Part shown: in pieces, positions 1 to 63,890 of the stretch
Layout: every line of letters begins with the position of its first letter
Numbering within the stretch: the stretch's first letter is position 1
NCBI RefSeq assembly: GCF_006345805.1
Contig: NC_043020.1
Coordinates: forward strand, 20,212,001 to 20,276,000
Origin: Octopus sinensis
Taxonomy: Eukaryota
Reading direction: 5' to 3'
DNA: 64,000 nucleotides
The notes under the pieces: generated by a model
The model's input: only the letters and a program-made list of their open reading frames with translations
Database searches by the model: none
What the model was told of the DNA's origin: nothing
Translations under genes and position numbers: made by a program

Positions 1-1593
1 ATTCAGCTAGTATAATATATAATGAAAACGAACATCTGATTTTACTATTTTAATTTGTTTACAGTAAAACATGATTAGTTTAGACAGGTTTTACATTTCT
101 CACTTCTATCATTCAACAGAAGTCATATAATTTATACAAGATACTTTAATTCAAAACAAAATATAAACATAAGAGACAAAGGAAAAACAAAAGTAAAATT
201 GAAAAGAGAAATATTAAAATATTAATAGGGATGTGGATGGGATTACAATCTTATCCAATTGTAATTAGTTGTCAATGTAAGCAAAGACAGCTACAGTTTA
301 TTTCCACTGTCAATAACACCCAACATAAACATCACAACCCTACCAAAACTATTTATAGATAACCCTGCTCCTTGTATAACTATTGCCATTAATAGATGTA
401 GGAAACTGCTAAACTTTTCACTATTATTGTTGTTTCATTGGAAGAAAAAAAACTTATGATCAAAGGAATTTCAGTTAGTGACCATCCAACAGATCCTTCT
501 TTTTCATTTTTTAGGACAGTAGGGTTTTACTAGCTGTTAACTCTAAGCAGCTAAATTGACCACATAGAAGTTCTCTTGTCCTTCCATTAATATTCCTACA
601 TCACTTGAATTTTACAGCCTTAACAACTTTAAAAAACAGAAACCTGGTAAACACTTGTGAAATCAGTATTGCATTTTCTTTTGTCCATCTTAAAACTTGT
701 ATAATAAAGCATTTTTTTTTTTTACAGTAAATTATATCTTTTATATTATTGATTATCTGAAGAAAATCTTCTCAGTGCATTCTGCATGCTAGAGAAACAT
801 TACTGAGGTAAGTGGAGAAATTAAATTATCTTGGGGCCATATTCATGAGTGATGGGAGGCAGACGGCTGAATTAGATGTTAGAATTGTAAGTGCTGGCAT
901 ATAATGCACCTTTTAAAGCATTCAATCCTCAGAAAAGAAGAGGTTGGGAAAAAAATTTACAATCTTCAATTCAGTTTTTGTGCCTATCTTCACTTATGGT
1001 CATGAATGTTGAACAATGGTTGAAAGAGTATGATAGTATGTGGTCAAAATAAGACTCCTCCAAAGAATCTCTGGAATTAACGTTACCTGATAGGGTGAAT
1101 AGCCTGGAAATCTCCCCAATTTGAGCTACTACTTCTCCGCATTGAGAGGTCACAGCTCCAGTATTATGGACATGTAATTAGAATGTCACTGAAAAGGATT
1201 GCAAGATGGATTCTTCAAGTTGAACCAAGGGAGATGTAGGGGTAGACCAAAAGGGAGATGGTTGGATAATAACCATAGTCTTATTTGATCATGTGTAAGA
1301 ATCTAACCTGAAAGTGTAATGATGGTTACCTCTGATAGGACCCTATGAAGAGGGTGCCTGAGGACTCTACCCCATGATCTTCTATGAAATAGTGGGTGGA
1401 AAAGATGGATGGATATTACGACAATATTAAATTGTAGCAAATTATACTTTTAGAACAATTAACCAAAGTACTGAAGTTAGCAGAAGTTTTATGAGATTGT
1501 AGAAATGACTTCTCAATTCTTTAAGAGTAAACAAAGTTATTTCTATTGCAGGCTTGCTAAATGAATGTCTGGTTATAGTCAAAAGAAACTCAC

Positions 1594-51026
<49,433 letters not shown>

Positions 51027-51987
51027 CTGTAAATGAAAAATAAACAAAATGTACTTGGAAATTATTTTGTAACATCAAAACCAAGCTGATAATATAGTCA
51101 ATGGGACAGGAATAACATTTGCAATAAATAAATAAACCCTGACAGACTAGAGAGTGCTGATAGAATTAGCCAGCTGAATACAGTATCAAAGCTTGAACAC
51201 AAACCCTCTCATTGCAATCTATTAATACTTTAACTGGTGGTACATGTGATCTCCATCACCTTAGCTTGGACCTTTATGAAATAAGATGGCCAACACTCAC
51301 TTAATGGAGCTGTCTGCATCCCTATTAATAAAAAAAAAAGTTAAAACCCATTCACATGGTAGAGGACTGTAATGTTATCAACTTCAGAAATTAAAAACTT
51401 TTCAGAAATTCTAGCTTCAAACCTATATTCCAACTTCTGCACTTAACTCCTTGTGATAATAATACATCTATTACTGCTTTCATGTCCAATTTATTATCTT
51501 AAACACACTTCCTATTTCTAACAGACTATACTCAATTCTTTTCTTTCCAACCACAAGCAGTTCATATGCATTAAATGTTCCATATTTTTTAGCCTCATGC
51601 TGCATGTAATCTGGAGAAAAATTGTTTAACAACAGCAGTTGTTTGAACACTGTCCATCTTCTTTAGATCCTGACCTTTATGTTACTTATTATACAAAGGT
51701 GGAAAGCTGGTAGAATCATAAGAACATTGGAAAAATGTCTTGCCGTATTTGTTCCAGTAAACATTGAATTGAAATCCTTTCAGGTCTGATAAAATAAAGT
51801 ATCAGTCATGTGTCAAATGCTTAAATTAGAAACACTTATAAACATTAATACAGACAACCATCTTCTAATATACACCATCAGTTGCGAGTCAGATAAAATA
51901 TCTTTCCTAAATGTTGACTGTTTGTCTAACATCGTCTAAGTTGATGCATGTCTATAATCTTGACTTACAACAGATATCAAAGAAATT

Positions 51988-52742
51988 GGATCTTTTCCTT
52001 TTGAACGGCACATGTCAACACAATTTCTAGTTAACTAAACACTTTAAAACTTCATATACTGGTAGAATGAATTTATAAAACATCATTATTTCTTGGCTTT
52101 ATTGAGAAAATTCTATAGTTTGTATGATATTTCGAGCATTTCGGCAATTTTAACCAATCGCTGACCTCCATTTGGGGTGAAAACATTCTGTGCTGTATGA
52201 ATATGTCCCTCGTTTAAGAAACAGATTGGGTTTATTTACATTTGTGAAGAAAAAAGATACCCTTCCCCTAACTCTAACCCTAAATCTAAAATAGATTGAA
52301 ATGCAATAGATCGATACTAGGGTTATAATTATGGGCGACGTTTTCATTTGACACCGCTAGAAAAAAATCCCATTTTCCGTAGCGGTGTCGTATGAAATTG
52401 TCACCCATAATTATAACCCTAGTATCGATCTATTGCATTTCAATCTATTTTAGATTTAGGGTTAGAGTTAGGGGAAGGGTATCTTTTTTCTTCGCAAATG
52501 TAAATAAACCCAATCTGTTTCTTAAACGAGGGACATATTCATACAGCATGGAATGTTTTCACCCTAAATGGAGGTCAGCGATTGGTTAAAATTGCCGAAA
52601 TGCTTGAAATTAAAGTGGAAATATGTTACAACATATAGAATTTTCTCAATAAAGATAAGAAAAAATGATGTTTTATAAACACATTCTACCAGTATACGAA
52701 GTTTAAAAGTGTTAACATGTGCCGTTCAAAAGGAAAAGATTC
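51988..52742. mobile_element. Fold-back MITE (near-complete 755-bp palindrome) with an 8-bp TSD
   Basis: GGATCTTTTCCTTTTGAACGGCACATGT ... ACATGTGCCGTTCAAAAGGAAAAGATTC, with AAGAAATT on both flanks. Mirror ORFs 52150-52347(-) and 52392-52589(+) are nearly identical. Confidence 0.92.
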
Positions 52743-54083
52743 AAGAAATTCATTACTACCTTAAAATTAATCCCATTCAATACCGATAAACATGGAACAA
52801 CCACACTAAAAAGCTGAAACTATTCAACGTTTTGAAACTACTTTAATAAATGCAGAAGAATCAAATTGTTCAGTGTTGACCAGCAATAGAAAATCTCCTT
52901 TAATAAAAACAGACTCTCACAATAAGGGAGACAAAACTAGCTAACATAAAATCAGTGACAGATTACTTGGACATATGCAAATTAAACTGGGGCAATTCCA
53001 GCTAAGTTTGGTTTACAAATTCTTTGTGTTCATTACCTCCCTTCGTAAACAACTATTGCTCTCTGGGACATGTCTTCATAAATGAGAACAGATTTGTGTC
53101 CACATCACTAGAAGAATGGATCCCGGAGATTCTTTCTGAACAGCAATAAATGGACACCCAAAATACATACAGTGGGCACTACAATAAATAGAGTTTTGTA
53201 AATAAAATGTACCAGTTATTTTGCGTGAACACACATCTCGAACATGGATGCGAAATAAATGAATTACATGGAATCTTCAGAAGGGGAACGTTCACAGATT
53301 TTCTTTTGCACGTGCCATACCATACTATGAACCAAAACTTCCGGTTTGTAATAGCATACAAGGGGCGGAGAGAGCCTTCCCATAGGGTTATCTAAAGGGA
53401 TAAGAGAAATTCTGCAAGATGAAAGCTGACTATGGAACTTTGTAAATTCGAACATTATCGAAAAGATAGTTCAAGAAGAATACGCATATATATTACACAC
53501 ATACACGCGCGCGCAGGCTTGTAATTATTTTATGAGAAGCTGGAGCTTCCTGAATCGTTGCTGAGTTTCACGTTTCCTTGATGACTCAAAATTCAAAACA
53601 TTCATTTGAATAATCCCAAACGTGAAACCAGACTAACGATTCAAGAAGCTCCATCTTTTCATAAAATTTTACACGTACTTTACTTTTATCGTTTGTAAAC
53701 ATAAACGTTCATCTATCCTCTATAAATATAATAGCCATTAATTGTAGTAGTAGTAGTAGTAGTAGCAGCAGCAGCAGTTATGGATTGCAGAAATGACAGT
53801 AGTCGAGATAGCAGCAGCAGGCCAGTTTGTGTATTGAACATCCATCTAACGGGCACGTTGCAATAAAAACATATCCAACATGGCAACGTCTACAGATAAC
53901 CAACACTACACACAAGATTTCCGCAGTTTCATATCGATCAGCGGGTTGTAGTAAATTAACAAAAAAAAAAAAAAGGTTATTGATATGTCTTATTGCATAA
54001 CACGTGGCTGGAATAGGTGAGGAAGAATGTATGTATATTATATACGTCTATACGCGCGAGCGTGTGTGTGTATATATATGTGC

Positions 54084-54130
<47 letters not shown>

Positions 54131-55074
54131 TCAAGTGGAGAAAAATGGAATTAAAAGATGGTAGAGCTGAAAGACTGAGAAGCCTCCAGTTTTAAACCAT
54201 CACAGTGGTGTATGTTGTATGTAGGTAGAGGGCAGAGAAGGACGCCCATCAAGAAGACGAGAGAGAGAGGGGGGGGGGGAGAGAAACTGTTGTTTCAAAC
54301 ATCAAACTAATGCTGGACTGCTATCACAATTTCTGTTTAATTCATGGCCAGCACACACACACACACACACACACATCCCTAGATCATTTTGGGGTGGGAG
54401 TACAATAGAAATGGAAGATTTAACATATGCACTATGATTTATAAGCAGAAAATATAATCGAACGAATAATAATACTACAGTTGAGGAAAAACGGCTTGTA
54501 ATGACGTTTATGCTTCTTCCAAGGGCGTTATCAATGAGGTTTGTTGGTGTTGTTTAACCATAGGTCAATCCCCGATCGAGCATACCAATGATCAAAGACA
54601 TTCTCGCTAACATCACGTTTTTCTTAGGGATACGCAAGACTACATTATCCAATATGTCCTTTTCTTATTTAAGGCAGTAGGGTACGATTTTACGGCTATT
54701 TTTAGCATGCCGAACGACCACATAGACATTCTCTTGTTGAGGTTTAAGCGGAGGAGCACCTCAACCATGTAATAATACAAATATTGATTATCAGTATTAT
54801 TATTGTGTTCATCATCATCACCACCATATTTAAAAATGCTCGTCCAAAGAACAATTGTGTTTTTAAAAATATCATTTCAGTAACGGTTGAAGTAAGGATA
54901 GTGAGTTTAATAATAATCATCTTCCTGGTGATGGTAGGTAGCAGTTGTAATAATAGGCGAGCAATAAAATACAATCAGCAAAAAGAGGAAGGGTATGGGT
55001 GACGTGATGGCGGCGATGGATGTAATAATGGTGATGATAAACATTTCTTTTATAACAAATACTCTGTATATGTG

Positions 55075-55105
<31 letters not shown>

Positions 55106-56793
55106 GAGTTCCACCACAGTGTCAAATAGGTACAGTTACTGTATAAACAGATCTATTTATCCACAAAAAATCTCTATCGAAAATATATTAAATTCTAAAA
55201 GAAAAACAAAAAAAAAAGATTAAAAAAAACTCCATGACGCTGGTGATGACGACTTTGGTGTGTTACAAGAAAAATGATAGAGTTGAAAGAGAGAGGAGGA
55301 AGGTGTAATGTCTATGTTAAAGGAGGGGGTGGAAATAAATGTCGAACAAGTGTCATAAACGAATGTGTCGAGAAACGGGACTTCATGGGGACGAGCAGGG
55401 TACTAAAAACACACACACGCACCCCTAACTAATACTGCCAAAGCTGTTATACCATCAACAAATACAGCTACTACAAATCGTACCATAAACAGCACCACTA
55501 GCAGTACCAGAAGGTATAGTATATGTGTGTGTGTGTGTATATGATGATGTATACATACACATACATACGCACTACTACTACCAGAGCAAAAATGTAGTAC
55601 GAGGCATGAAAATATAAGCTGATTGATAGCCATCAATAAACTGTTAGCCATTGATGGTGTTGCTATCAATTTCAGCTCAAAGGAAGAAATGACAATGGGT
55701 GTATGAAAAACACACACTTGTTATGGGTGTATGTGATGATGATAATTCGTTCTTTATTATTGCCAGAAAAGAGGTAGGGAGACATTACATGGACAGGTTA
55801 TGATAAGTGTGTGGGGGTTCATACAGCAATCGAAGGAAACAAAAAATAACATACAAACCTAATGTGTGTTTAGACACACACCAGGGTTTTTTTTTTAATG
55901 TGTATGTGTACACACACACACACACACGCGCAAAAAGAAAAATATAGAGCCAGATAAAAAGCTAACGAAAAGCTTGTATTGCTAACCTGATGGCCGTAAG
56001 TGGATCGTTTGAAGTCAGTTGTAGCAGGCCATTGGTGTTATAGATAGTAGGTCTCCTGGTAAGTAGCAAACAGCAGCAGCAGTAGTAGTATCAGAGTGGG
56101 TGGTAGTACTAGCAGTATTATTATTATTATTATTATTATTACTACTACTACTAGTTGTATTAACAGAATTAAATGTATGAAAACATGTGCTTATACACCC
56201 CAGTAGTAAAAGCAAAGAGAAGTATCAATGTTGTGAGCTATACAAGACAGACGTATATAAAACATATACGTCTATCTAGCAGAGTGTCATTCTACACACA
56301 CTCATACGTGTATGTATATATATATATATATACACATGTAATCTGCCACACGCATACATCTATGTATGTACATACACAATATTATTACATAGCTCCCTAC
56401 ATAGACACATCTATAGTAGTGTCGCTGTTGACACTACTACTACTACTACTACATCCACTACTGTTATAAGAGGAAGAGGAGGAGGTGGTGGTAGCAGACG
56501 TAGTGGCAATTGCGAAAGGTGAGGTGTTACAGGAGTTAGAAATAGTGAGGAGGTGGAAGGACAGTGTCGAGGTGGGAGGAGACGAACAGCGGAATCTAAC
56601 AACGCATGCGTACTTGGATTCCGACGCATGGTTGGTCGATAAGAGTCACGTGCAAACAACAACCTAGTTCATCCGGTGCCGTTTGTTGCAACATGAAAAT
56701 ATGTTGGCTACTACATAACACACTTTCATAATACATATACACAGCAAGGGTTGTGTACGTGTATGTGTGTATTTATCTAGCTGTCTATATGTA

Positions 56794-56844
<51 letters not shown>

Positions 56845-58809
56845 AGGCTTCAGCGACATGAAAAACCATGGTGAAAATGTTGAGTTCATTAAACTGTGGG
56901 ATATGCGTGTGTGTGCATTTATTAGCAGAGGTGGGCGGAAGCAACGAGAATGAGTCCTTAGACATTCTGCACACTAATAATACAAAACGGTGTTCGCGTA
57001 TGTACACACCTATACACAGGCAAAGTGGGGCAAACTTCAAAACTGAACAGTAGTGGATGTAATAAAAGTATAAACATTACATCATGTCATTTTTGATATG
57101 CTTTTGTTAGACTTCATAGCTTTCCTATCTTAAAGCAAAATATCTTACTAAATGTGGTCTGTGTATGTAGTTGCACACACTTGAGTACATACATATTCAT
57201 ATGCACTTATGCGTACACATGTATATGCACATATGCGCGCGTGTGAACTATTGGTTAATTGCCCATTAATCAGAATAAAGGCAACTCTATTTTACTGGAA
57301 GAAGGGGCAGTACCCATGGTCTTTCCCGACCCTCTGATAGGATAATATTCCTTTTGAATAAGCCAAAAATTGTGGGAAAGATATGAGCAAGAAGGGAATT
57401 CCAGGGGTTTTCAGTTTGGAAAGGAAGGACTGGGAGTGGTGATTAACGTGCCTGGACGCAAGTGTGTTGGGAGCAGAAGAGATGAGTCGGATGGAAGTGC
57501 CAGAGTGAAGGCAACAGAAGCCCAAGAAATAAAGGCTATTTTGTATTAGTAGAAAAGGAAGAAAGAGGAGGCAAGATGCTTCTGACTCAGAAGCTGGACA
57601 CACACACATTCATTTTAACGTCTATTTTCTGTGTTGTCACGAATTGGACGAGTTGTAATAGTGTGAAACAATTCTGAGAGTTTTCACCACCTGGTTTCTG
57701 AGGCTGGACGCCTTTCCTAATACCAACGATGTAGTACAGAATATATCTATAGATTTCTTTAGCCAACATTGTATGTCTAGTAAGATCTAAAGGTCTTTAC
57801 AATATCTTTGTGGAAAGAAGAAGAAAAAAAAAAGGGGGGGGGGTCTAATTTCAATCAGGTTAAAATTTCTTCAATGGCCTCTTTAACTGTTCTCAAAGAC
57901 AGCATTTGACCTACTATCATTAAAAACTTGAAGTAAACCCAACTGTGTCTGACCAGTCCACAAAAGAAATCCCAACAGGAGATTGAAATTTGTTCACTGG
58001 TTCGCTCTTTTACATTCTTTTACTGTCTACAGAGTACTGGTTGAAAAATCCGAGTAGCACGGAAACAAAATATTAACACACCAGCAACAAATGTGTGTGC
58101 GTGAGTGTCACCTTCCCGAACGTCAAACTAATATTTCTGCTTGTTATTTATACATCTGTCTTCGTCCTATGTTTTTCTGTGTATTTCAACTCTCTCCCTC
58201 TCTCTTATATATATATATGCAGTTGACCCTTCATAGCATACTTGCCTCTTTTTGGAAGACTTCAGCTATAGTCACACCTAGAATAGATAGGATCCACCAA
58301 GAGTAATAACGCTCAAGACAGCAAATAGCATATGACAAGATGGCACCCCCAATACCTCATCCCAACCTGAGGGCCCAAAGTAAGACAAGGCATGTGTGTT
58401 TGTGTGTGTGTATATATACACACATGCACACACACATAGACACAAGGAGGATCCGTTAATTATGATTTTATTCAACTTATTCTCATCTCAGCTTCATACA
58501 CTTACTACAGTGGTTCTTCAATTAAGCCCTGTAAAAGAACTTGGAAGGTTGGTCTCCAACCAGGCTTTTTGCAACACTTTTAAAGCCAGGAACTTTTCAG
58601 GACTCCTTTGTGTATATGCATGTATGTTCTATCAGATAACTAGAAACTATTAGAGTGATAACCACATAGGCTACTACATGTAAGTGGCAAAGCTGGCAAT
58701 CCAACAAAACCTACCTAGTGAGGCAGATGAATTTTAGGTACCCTGTGAGATGAAAAATAAACTAGCTACGAGTGTATGAATTCAAAAGAATTCACAGTCA
58801 TCCAACAGA

Positions 58810-59190
58810 ATAGGCCTCTTTCTTAGAGTGAAAGGCAGATTTTTGATGCTTGTGTATGAACAACAATGTTAACTGGTAGTGAAATTTGGGATGTGAATCC
58901 AGAGGGCAAGCAAAAGCCAGGAAGAAATGAAAGATAGCATGTTCCACTGAATGTGAAATATCAGCATATATCTATGACAAAGTGCAAATGTGTTGAAAGA
59001 AAAATTGGGCATAAGGAGCATCAGATGTAGTGTGCTAGAGAAAAGACTGCAATGCTATAGTAATGTGATGCATATCGATGAGGATAGCTGCATAAAGTGC
59101 CTACCACTAAATGTGAATAGAACCTGTGGAAGATGAAGATGCGAGATGAACTGAGGTAATTGGTGAGTTGCAGTGCTCAAGAAAACCCAT
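58810..59190 (+). mobile_element. RTE LINE 3' fragment
   Basis: Similar to 40300-40720 (agagtgaaaggcagatt..ggcataag..gcatcagatgt). Confidence 0.7.
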
Positions 59191-62127
59191 TCTTCTAAGC
59201 AAAAATAAAGAAGTCTTAAAAGCATATAATTTATATCAATGCCTCTGCACCCAATCTGTCCCTGATGAGTTTTATTTTTCACAACATTTTCCCAACACCC
59301 ACCCTTCACACAACTTGTCTTCCTAACACCCACTCCATTCCCCTCTATCCATCTGCCACTCTCCTTTCACATTCTGGCAAATCTACCTACTCACTCACCT
59401 AGTCCAATCCTCTGCACCACTTATATTCACCGTCCAGTAAGATGAGGGTCACTCTTGACATCTTTTTGCCACCATCTTTACTCTTTCCCATCAGGAGTAG
59501 CCATCTATCTCCTTCTTCTACAACAGAATACCTGTTACCTCATCTCTTCACTTGGCATAATGTCACTTCCCTTAGGGGTCTTGTCTTGTGAATTACTAGG
59601 TTACCTTAATGATGCTGATACCATGTAAAAAGCACCCAGTGCACTTTGTAAAGTGGTTGGTGTTAGGAAAGGCATCCAGCAGTAGAAACCATGTCAAAGC
59701 AGACATTGAAGCTTGGCAGTCCTCTGGTTTGCCAGCTCCTGATGAACCATCTACCCCAGACCAACATGGAAAATGGACATCATGGGGATAATAATATATG
59801 TGTGTGTGTGTGTTATTGCACATGGGAGAAGAATACTCTCACTTAAAAGTTGCAGTTTTTGTAGCCTCTGGATTTCTCATATCTTATTTGGCTTGTTGCC
59901 ACATTATTGATTTTAAACTTTTACAGGGTGCAATTTGTCGCAATAAAACTTGTCTATGTAAATTTTGTACCCTTCTCTCTTTTTCTATGTACAAATCAAG
60001 ACAGACTTCATGAAAGAAACAGATGGTGGGCTTTTAGCTGTAGCAGTTGGGGTATCATGCATGTCTGAGAATGAAATAGCACCACTTCTCTAATTTCCTC
60101 ACTCACGGACACCAGGTGATGTGTAGCGTAATGTAGTTGTGATCCTTTGGTTGACTATGCAAGTGTCCTTCATTGCATTGCCATAGGTATCTTGGTTTGA
60201 TCACAATGTTGTATAGCTATGTTACTGTGGAAGCTCATTACAAGAAGGTACTACATTTATGATTTTAACACGAAAAGTTATTATACTTGACAGCGAGTCA
60301 ACAGCCAACATGAAAAACTTCTCAATCACATAGTCACACCTGTGCTTTTAGAGTGTCTGTGAGCATGAGTATGGTTTATTATGCTGTGTTTGTTATATTT
60401 CAAAAGATCGATATGTGAGGAACAAATGCATTATTTCGTGTTTCTTTCTGTAAATCCATTCCAAATCATCAGAGGTTGAATGACAAATGCAAATAACCTT
60501 TGAGATAAATAACAGATACCATAAAGTGTAATGGTTTCAAGAAACATAACTAGCCCCACCTTCATGGCCAGTTCAGTTCATCAAACCATTATAAAAATAC
60601 ATACTCGCAATCATACACCATATTCAGTTTTTTCTTTTCCAAGCTGGCATGGGGTTATACAAATATATGCACATACGATGTGCTTCATCCAGTTTTTTTC
60701 AATCAAATCCACTCACTATAGTAGAATAGACTTGCCCAATGTAACATGAAGAGGGATTGAAGCTCAAACCATATCGCTATGAGGTGAACTTCTTAACCAA
60801 AGGTCCATGCCTGTGCCTATATATGTGTACTGTCAGGTCACTCATAGCTGCTATTGCTATTGTAACCCTGTACACCCATTGCATTGTTAGGAAGGTGAAT
60901 TTTAGACACCTTGAAAGATGAAGAAGACCTGTCAAAAGGTAGATAAACAAAGGAATGACAACAGCCATCTAATGTGTGTGTATGTATATATATATATGCA
61001 TGTATATGTTTATTTACATGAGTGCATAAATGCACATGTATATAAATATATATATGAAAGAAGGATACTCTTACTTGAAACCTGTAGTGTTTGTAGCCCT
61101 TGACCTCTTGATTTTATCTTTTTGTTTATTCGTTGCTAGTTTAACAGCTATATGTATAAACATACAAATGTGTGTATGAATATAAATTTATTTAGATATA
61201 TGTATATGCATATATGTATGTGTGTGTAAGTATATATACAATTATCAGTGTGCTGATACCAGATAATTTCAGCTCAGTAAAAAGTTCCACTCAACACCAA
61301 TATTCCATGTGGTTTGAAAGTGAACTGTCAGATCATGCAATAGGATAGAGTGTGGAGTTTGAGCCATGTTATACAGTAATAAGAAACACAGAAAACACAA
61401 CTGGTGTTTTTTAGCTTTAATAGTTCTTTCTACTATAGGTCTGAAATGTTGAGAGTGAGGCCTGGTCAATTACATCAACTCTAGTGCTCAATGGGTATTT
61501 ATTTTATCACCCTTGAAAGGATAAAAGTCAAAAGTCAGTCTTGGTAGAACTTGACTTTGGCTGTAAAGATGGATGAAATGCCACTAAGCATTTTATCCAG
61601 TATACTAAAAATTCTGCCAACTCAACACCTTTTTTTAAGATTTAATAATACACTTCTATAAGCCAGCAGCACACACCTTCAGTATTTCAGCAAAAAACAT
61701 ACAACCTAATCCTGCATATTATGTATAAGCAAATTGGCATACCTGACTAGAAGGTGAAAGAATGTTAAAGAAAGATGAAAGAAGAGAGAAGAGGACAAGC
61801 AGAGAGATACACACATTTATGCATATCAATACACAAACACAGAATAAAGTGGGGCAAGTGAAGTAGAAAAGCCTAGGGTCATAATAGTAGTAACCATAGT
61901 CTGTAGAGTATTTGATGTACAAAAATAAGAGCATGTTTATCTTTCTTGACATTTTCATGATGTTAAGATCCAGTGAGACTCAGTCTCGCAAACATACTAT
62001 GCCTCCATGCAGTTGCATGTTTGATGCAACAGTCAGGTATTGTCATTATATGTTTATACATCAATCTCATTCTTAGGGTTACCAGCAGCAGGTATATCTA
62101 CATATACATATCTATCTATGATGTATA

Positions 62128-62492
62128 TTCTTTTATTTGTTTGCCCTTTTGACTACAATCATACTGGGGCACCACCTTTAGTCAAGCAAATTGACCCCAG
62201 GACTTATTCTTTGTAAGCTGAGTACTTATTCTATCAGTCTCTTTTGCCAAACTGCTAAGTTACGAGGATATAACCACATTAGCATGAGTTGTCAAGTGAT
62301 GTTGGGGGACAAACACAGACACGCAAACATATATGACGGGCTTCTTTCAGTTTCCGCCTACCCAATCCACTCACAAGGCTTTGGCCGGCCTGAGTAAGAA
62401 GACACTTGCCCAAAGTGGCATGCAATGGGACTGAACCCAGAACCATGTGGTTGGTAAGCAAGCTACTTACTACACAGCCACTCCTGCACCTA
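62128..62492 (-). mobile_element. Near full-length tRNA-derived SINE
   Basis: Head ggagtggctgtgtagtaagtagcttgct..GGGTTCAGTCCC, body, and aaataaaagaa end. Confidence 0.82.
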
Positions 62493-63465
62493 CATATGTT
62501 TTAGATATATATATACTTACATGTGTATGTGTGTGTATACACACACACACACATATATCCATACAGAAACCTGTAGACACAAGAGATGCAGTGACAACAC
62601 CAGCCAGGATGCACATGATGCTTAGTTCCTAAAGGAACTGCCCTATTTCCAACATTAACATGTGCCTACATACATACGTAGTATAACAGATATGGTACTC
62701 AAAATGCAACAACTATTATTTCGGTAGCATGGTCTGATCACTCTGTGTCTTAATGAAGCAACACCTCACTATCAATGCATCTTCCTTTTGCAAACACTTA
62801 ACCAAATGTTGCAACACTATCAAAGAGATAGATGCCTCCATACTAGACTAAGAGAAGAACACAAGAAATCTGATCAACTGCCTCAACCTGAAAATCAATA
62901 GTTGATTAAAGATGGGCAAGTGGCTCCTATCAATACATCACAGCAACTAAGACCAACAATATAGCATACCCCACTAACACCATCTTCCATCACCACTATG
63001 TGAAAATATGTTACAACAATCACAGGTAACAACTTAGAGTGCCACTGCTGCTGCTAACCGAAACAGTTTAAAAGAAATAATGAAATTGAGGTAAATACAC
63101 ATTTCTTAGACTGCTTCCTTCTGAAGCATCTAAAATATAGTTTTGTTTGTCAAACTTTTAGCACTGTTACAAAATTTCTTTATTTCCCTTTTCATTTTGT
63201 ATGTATGTACATACATACATATATATAATGTGTCCTATCATTAAGTATAAATGTATATATATACAGATGTGTGCAATCATTTTAATGTTCACTTTGAATA
63301 TATCTGAGCCATGTTTGCATGCTTTCTACAGCTGGAAGCCCTTCTTGTTTCCAAGTAAGGAAATATTTCCTCATGGCTAGACATGTTTTTATGTAAACAA
63401 AGGATACTACTTGGATGATGTTTACAACAATTGTACGATGTCAAGAGAAGAAGACAAACACACAC

Positions 63466-63615
63466 AGGTGTGGCAAGAAGCTAACTTCCCAACCACATGG
63501 TGCCAAGTTCAGTCCCACTGCATGGCACCTTGAGCAAGTATCTTCTACTATAGCCTAGAGACGACCAAAACTTTGTGAGTGGATTTGGTAGCTAGAAACT
63601 GAAAGAAGCCCGTCG

Positions 63616-63646
<31 letters not shown>

Positions 63647-63845
63647 GTGTGTGTTTGTCGCTCCAGCTATCACTTGACAATTGATACTAGTGTGTTTATG
63701 TCCCCTGGCAAAAGAGATTGATAAAAAAAAAAGTACTAGGCTTACAAAGAATAAGCCCTGCAGATGATTCCTTTGACTATAACCCTTTAAGGTAGTGCTC
63801 CAGTAATGGCCACTGTCAAATGATAGAAACAAGTAAAAGACTAAA
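63466..63845 (+). mobile_element. Near full-length tRNA-derived SINE (same family, opposite strand)
   Basis: aagaagctaacttcccaaccacatgg..AGTTCAGTCCCactg.. through gaaacaagtaaaaga. Confidence 0.8.
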
Positions 63846-63846
63846 A

Positions 63847-63890
<44 letters not shown>

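Noticed and set aside
960-1430. Possible terminal NCOA exon or LINE endonuclease relic
   Set aside because: No convincing phase-1 acceptor plus open frame found; only faint APE-like remnants.
52150-52589. Two divergent near-identical 65-aa ORFs
   Set aside because: A consequence of the palindromic MITE arms; no coding signature.
56411-56662. 83-aa minus-strand ORF as a coding first exon
   Set aside because: No bHLH/PAS similarity, low complexity and no clear in-frame donor; kept only as part of the candidate promoter island.
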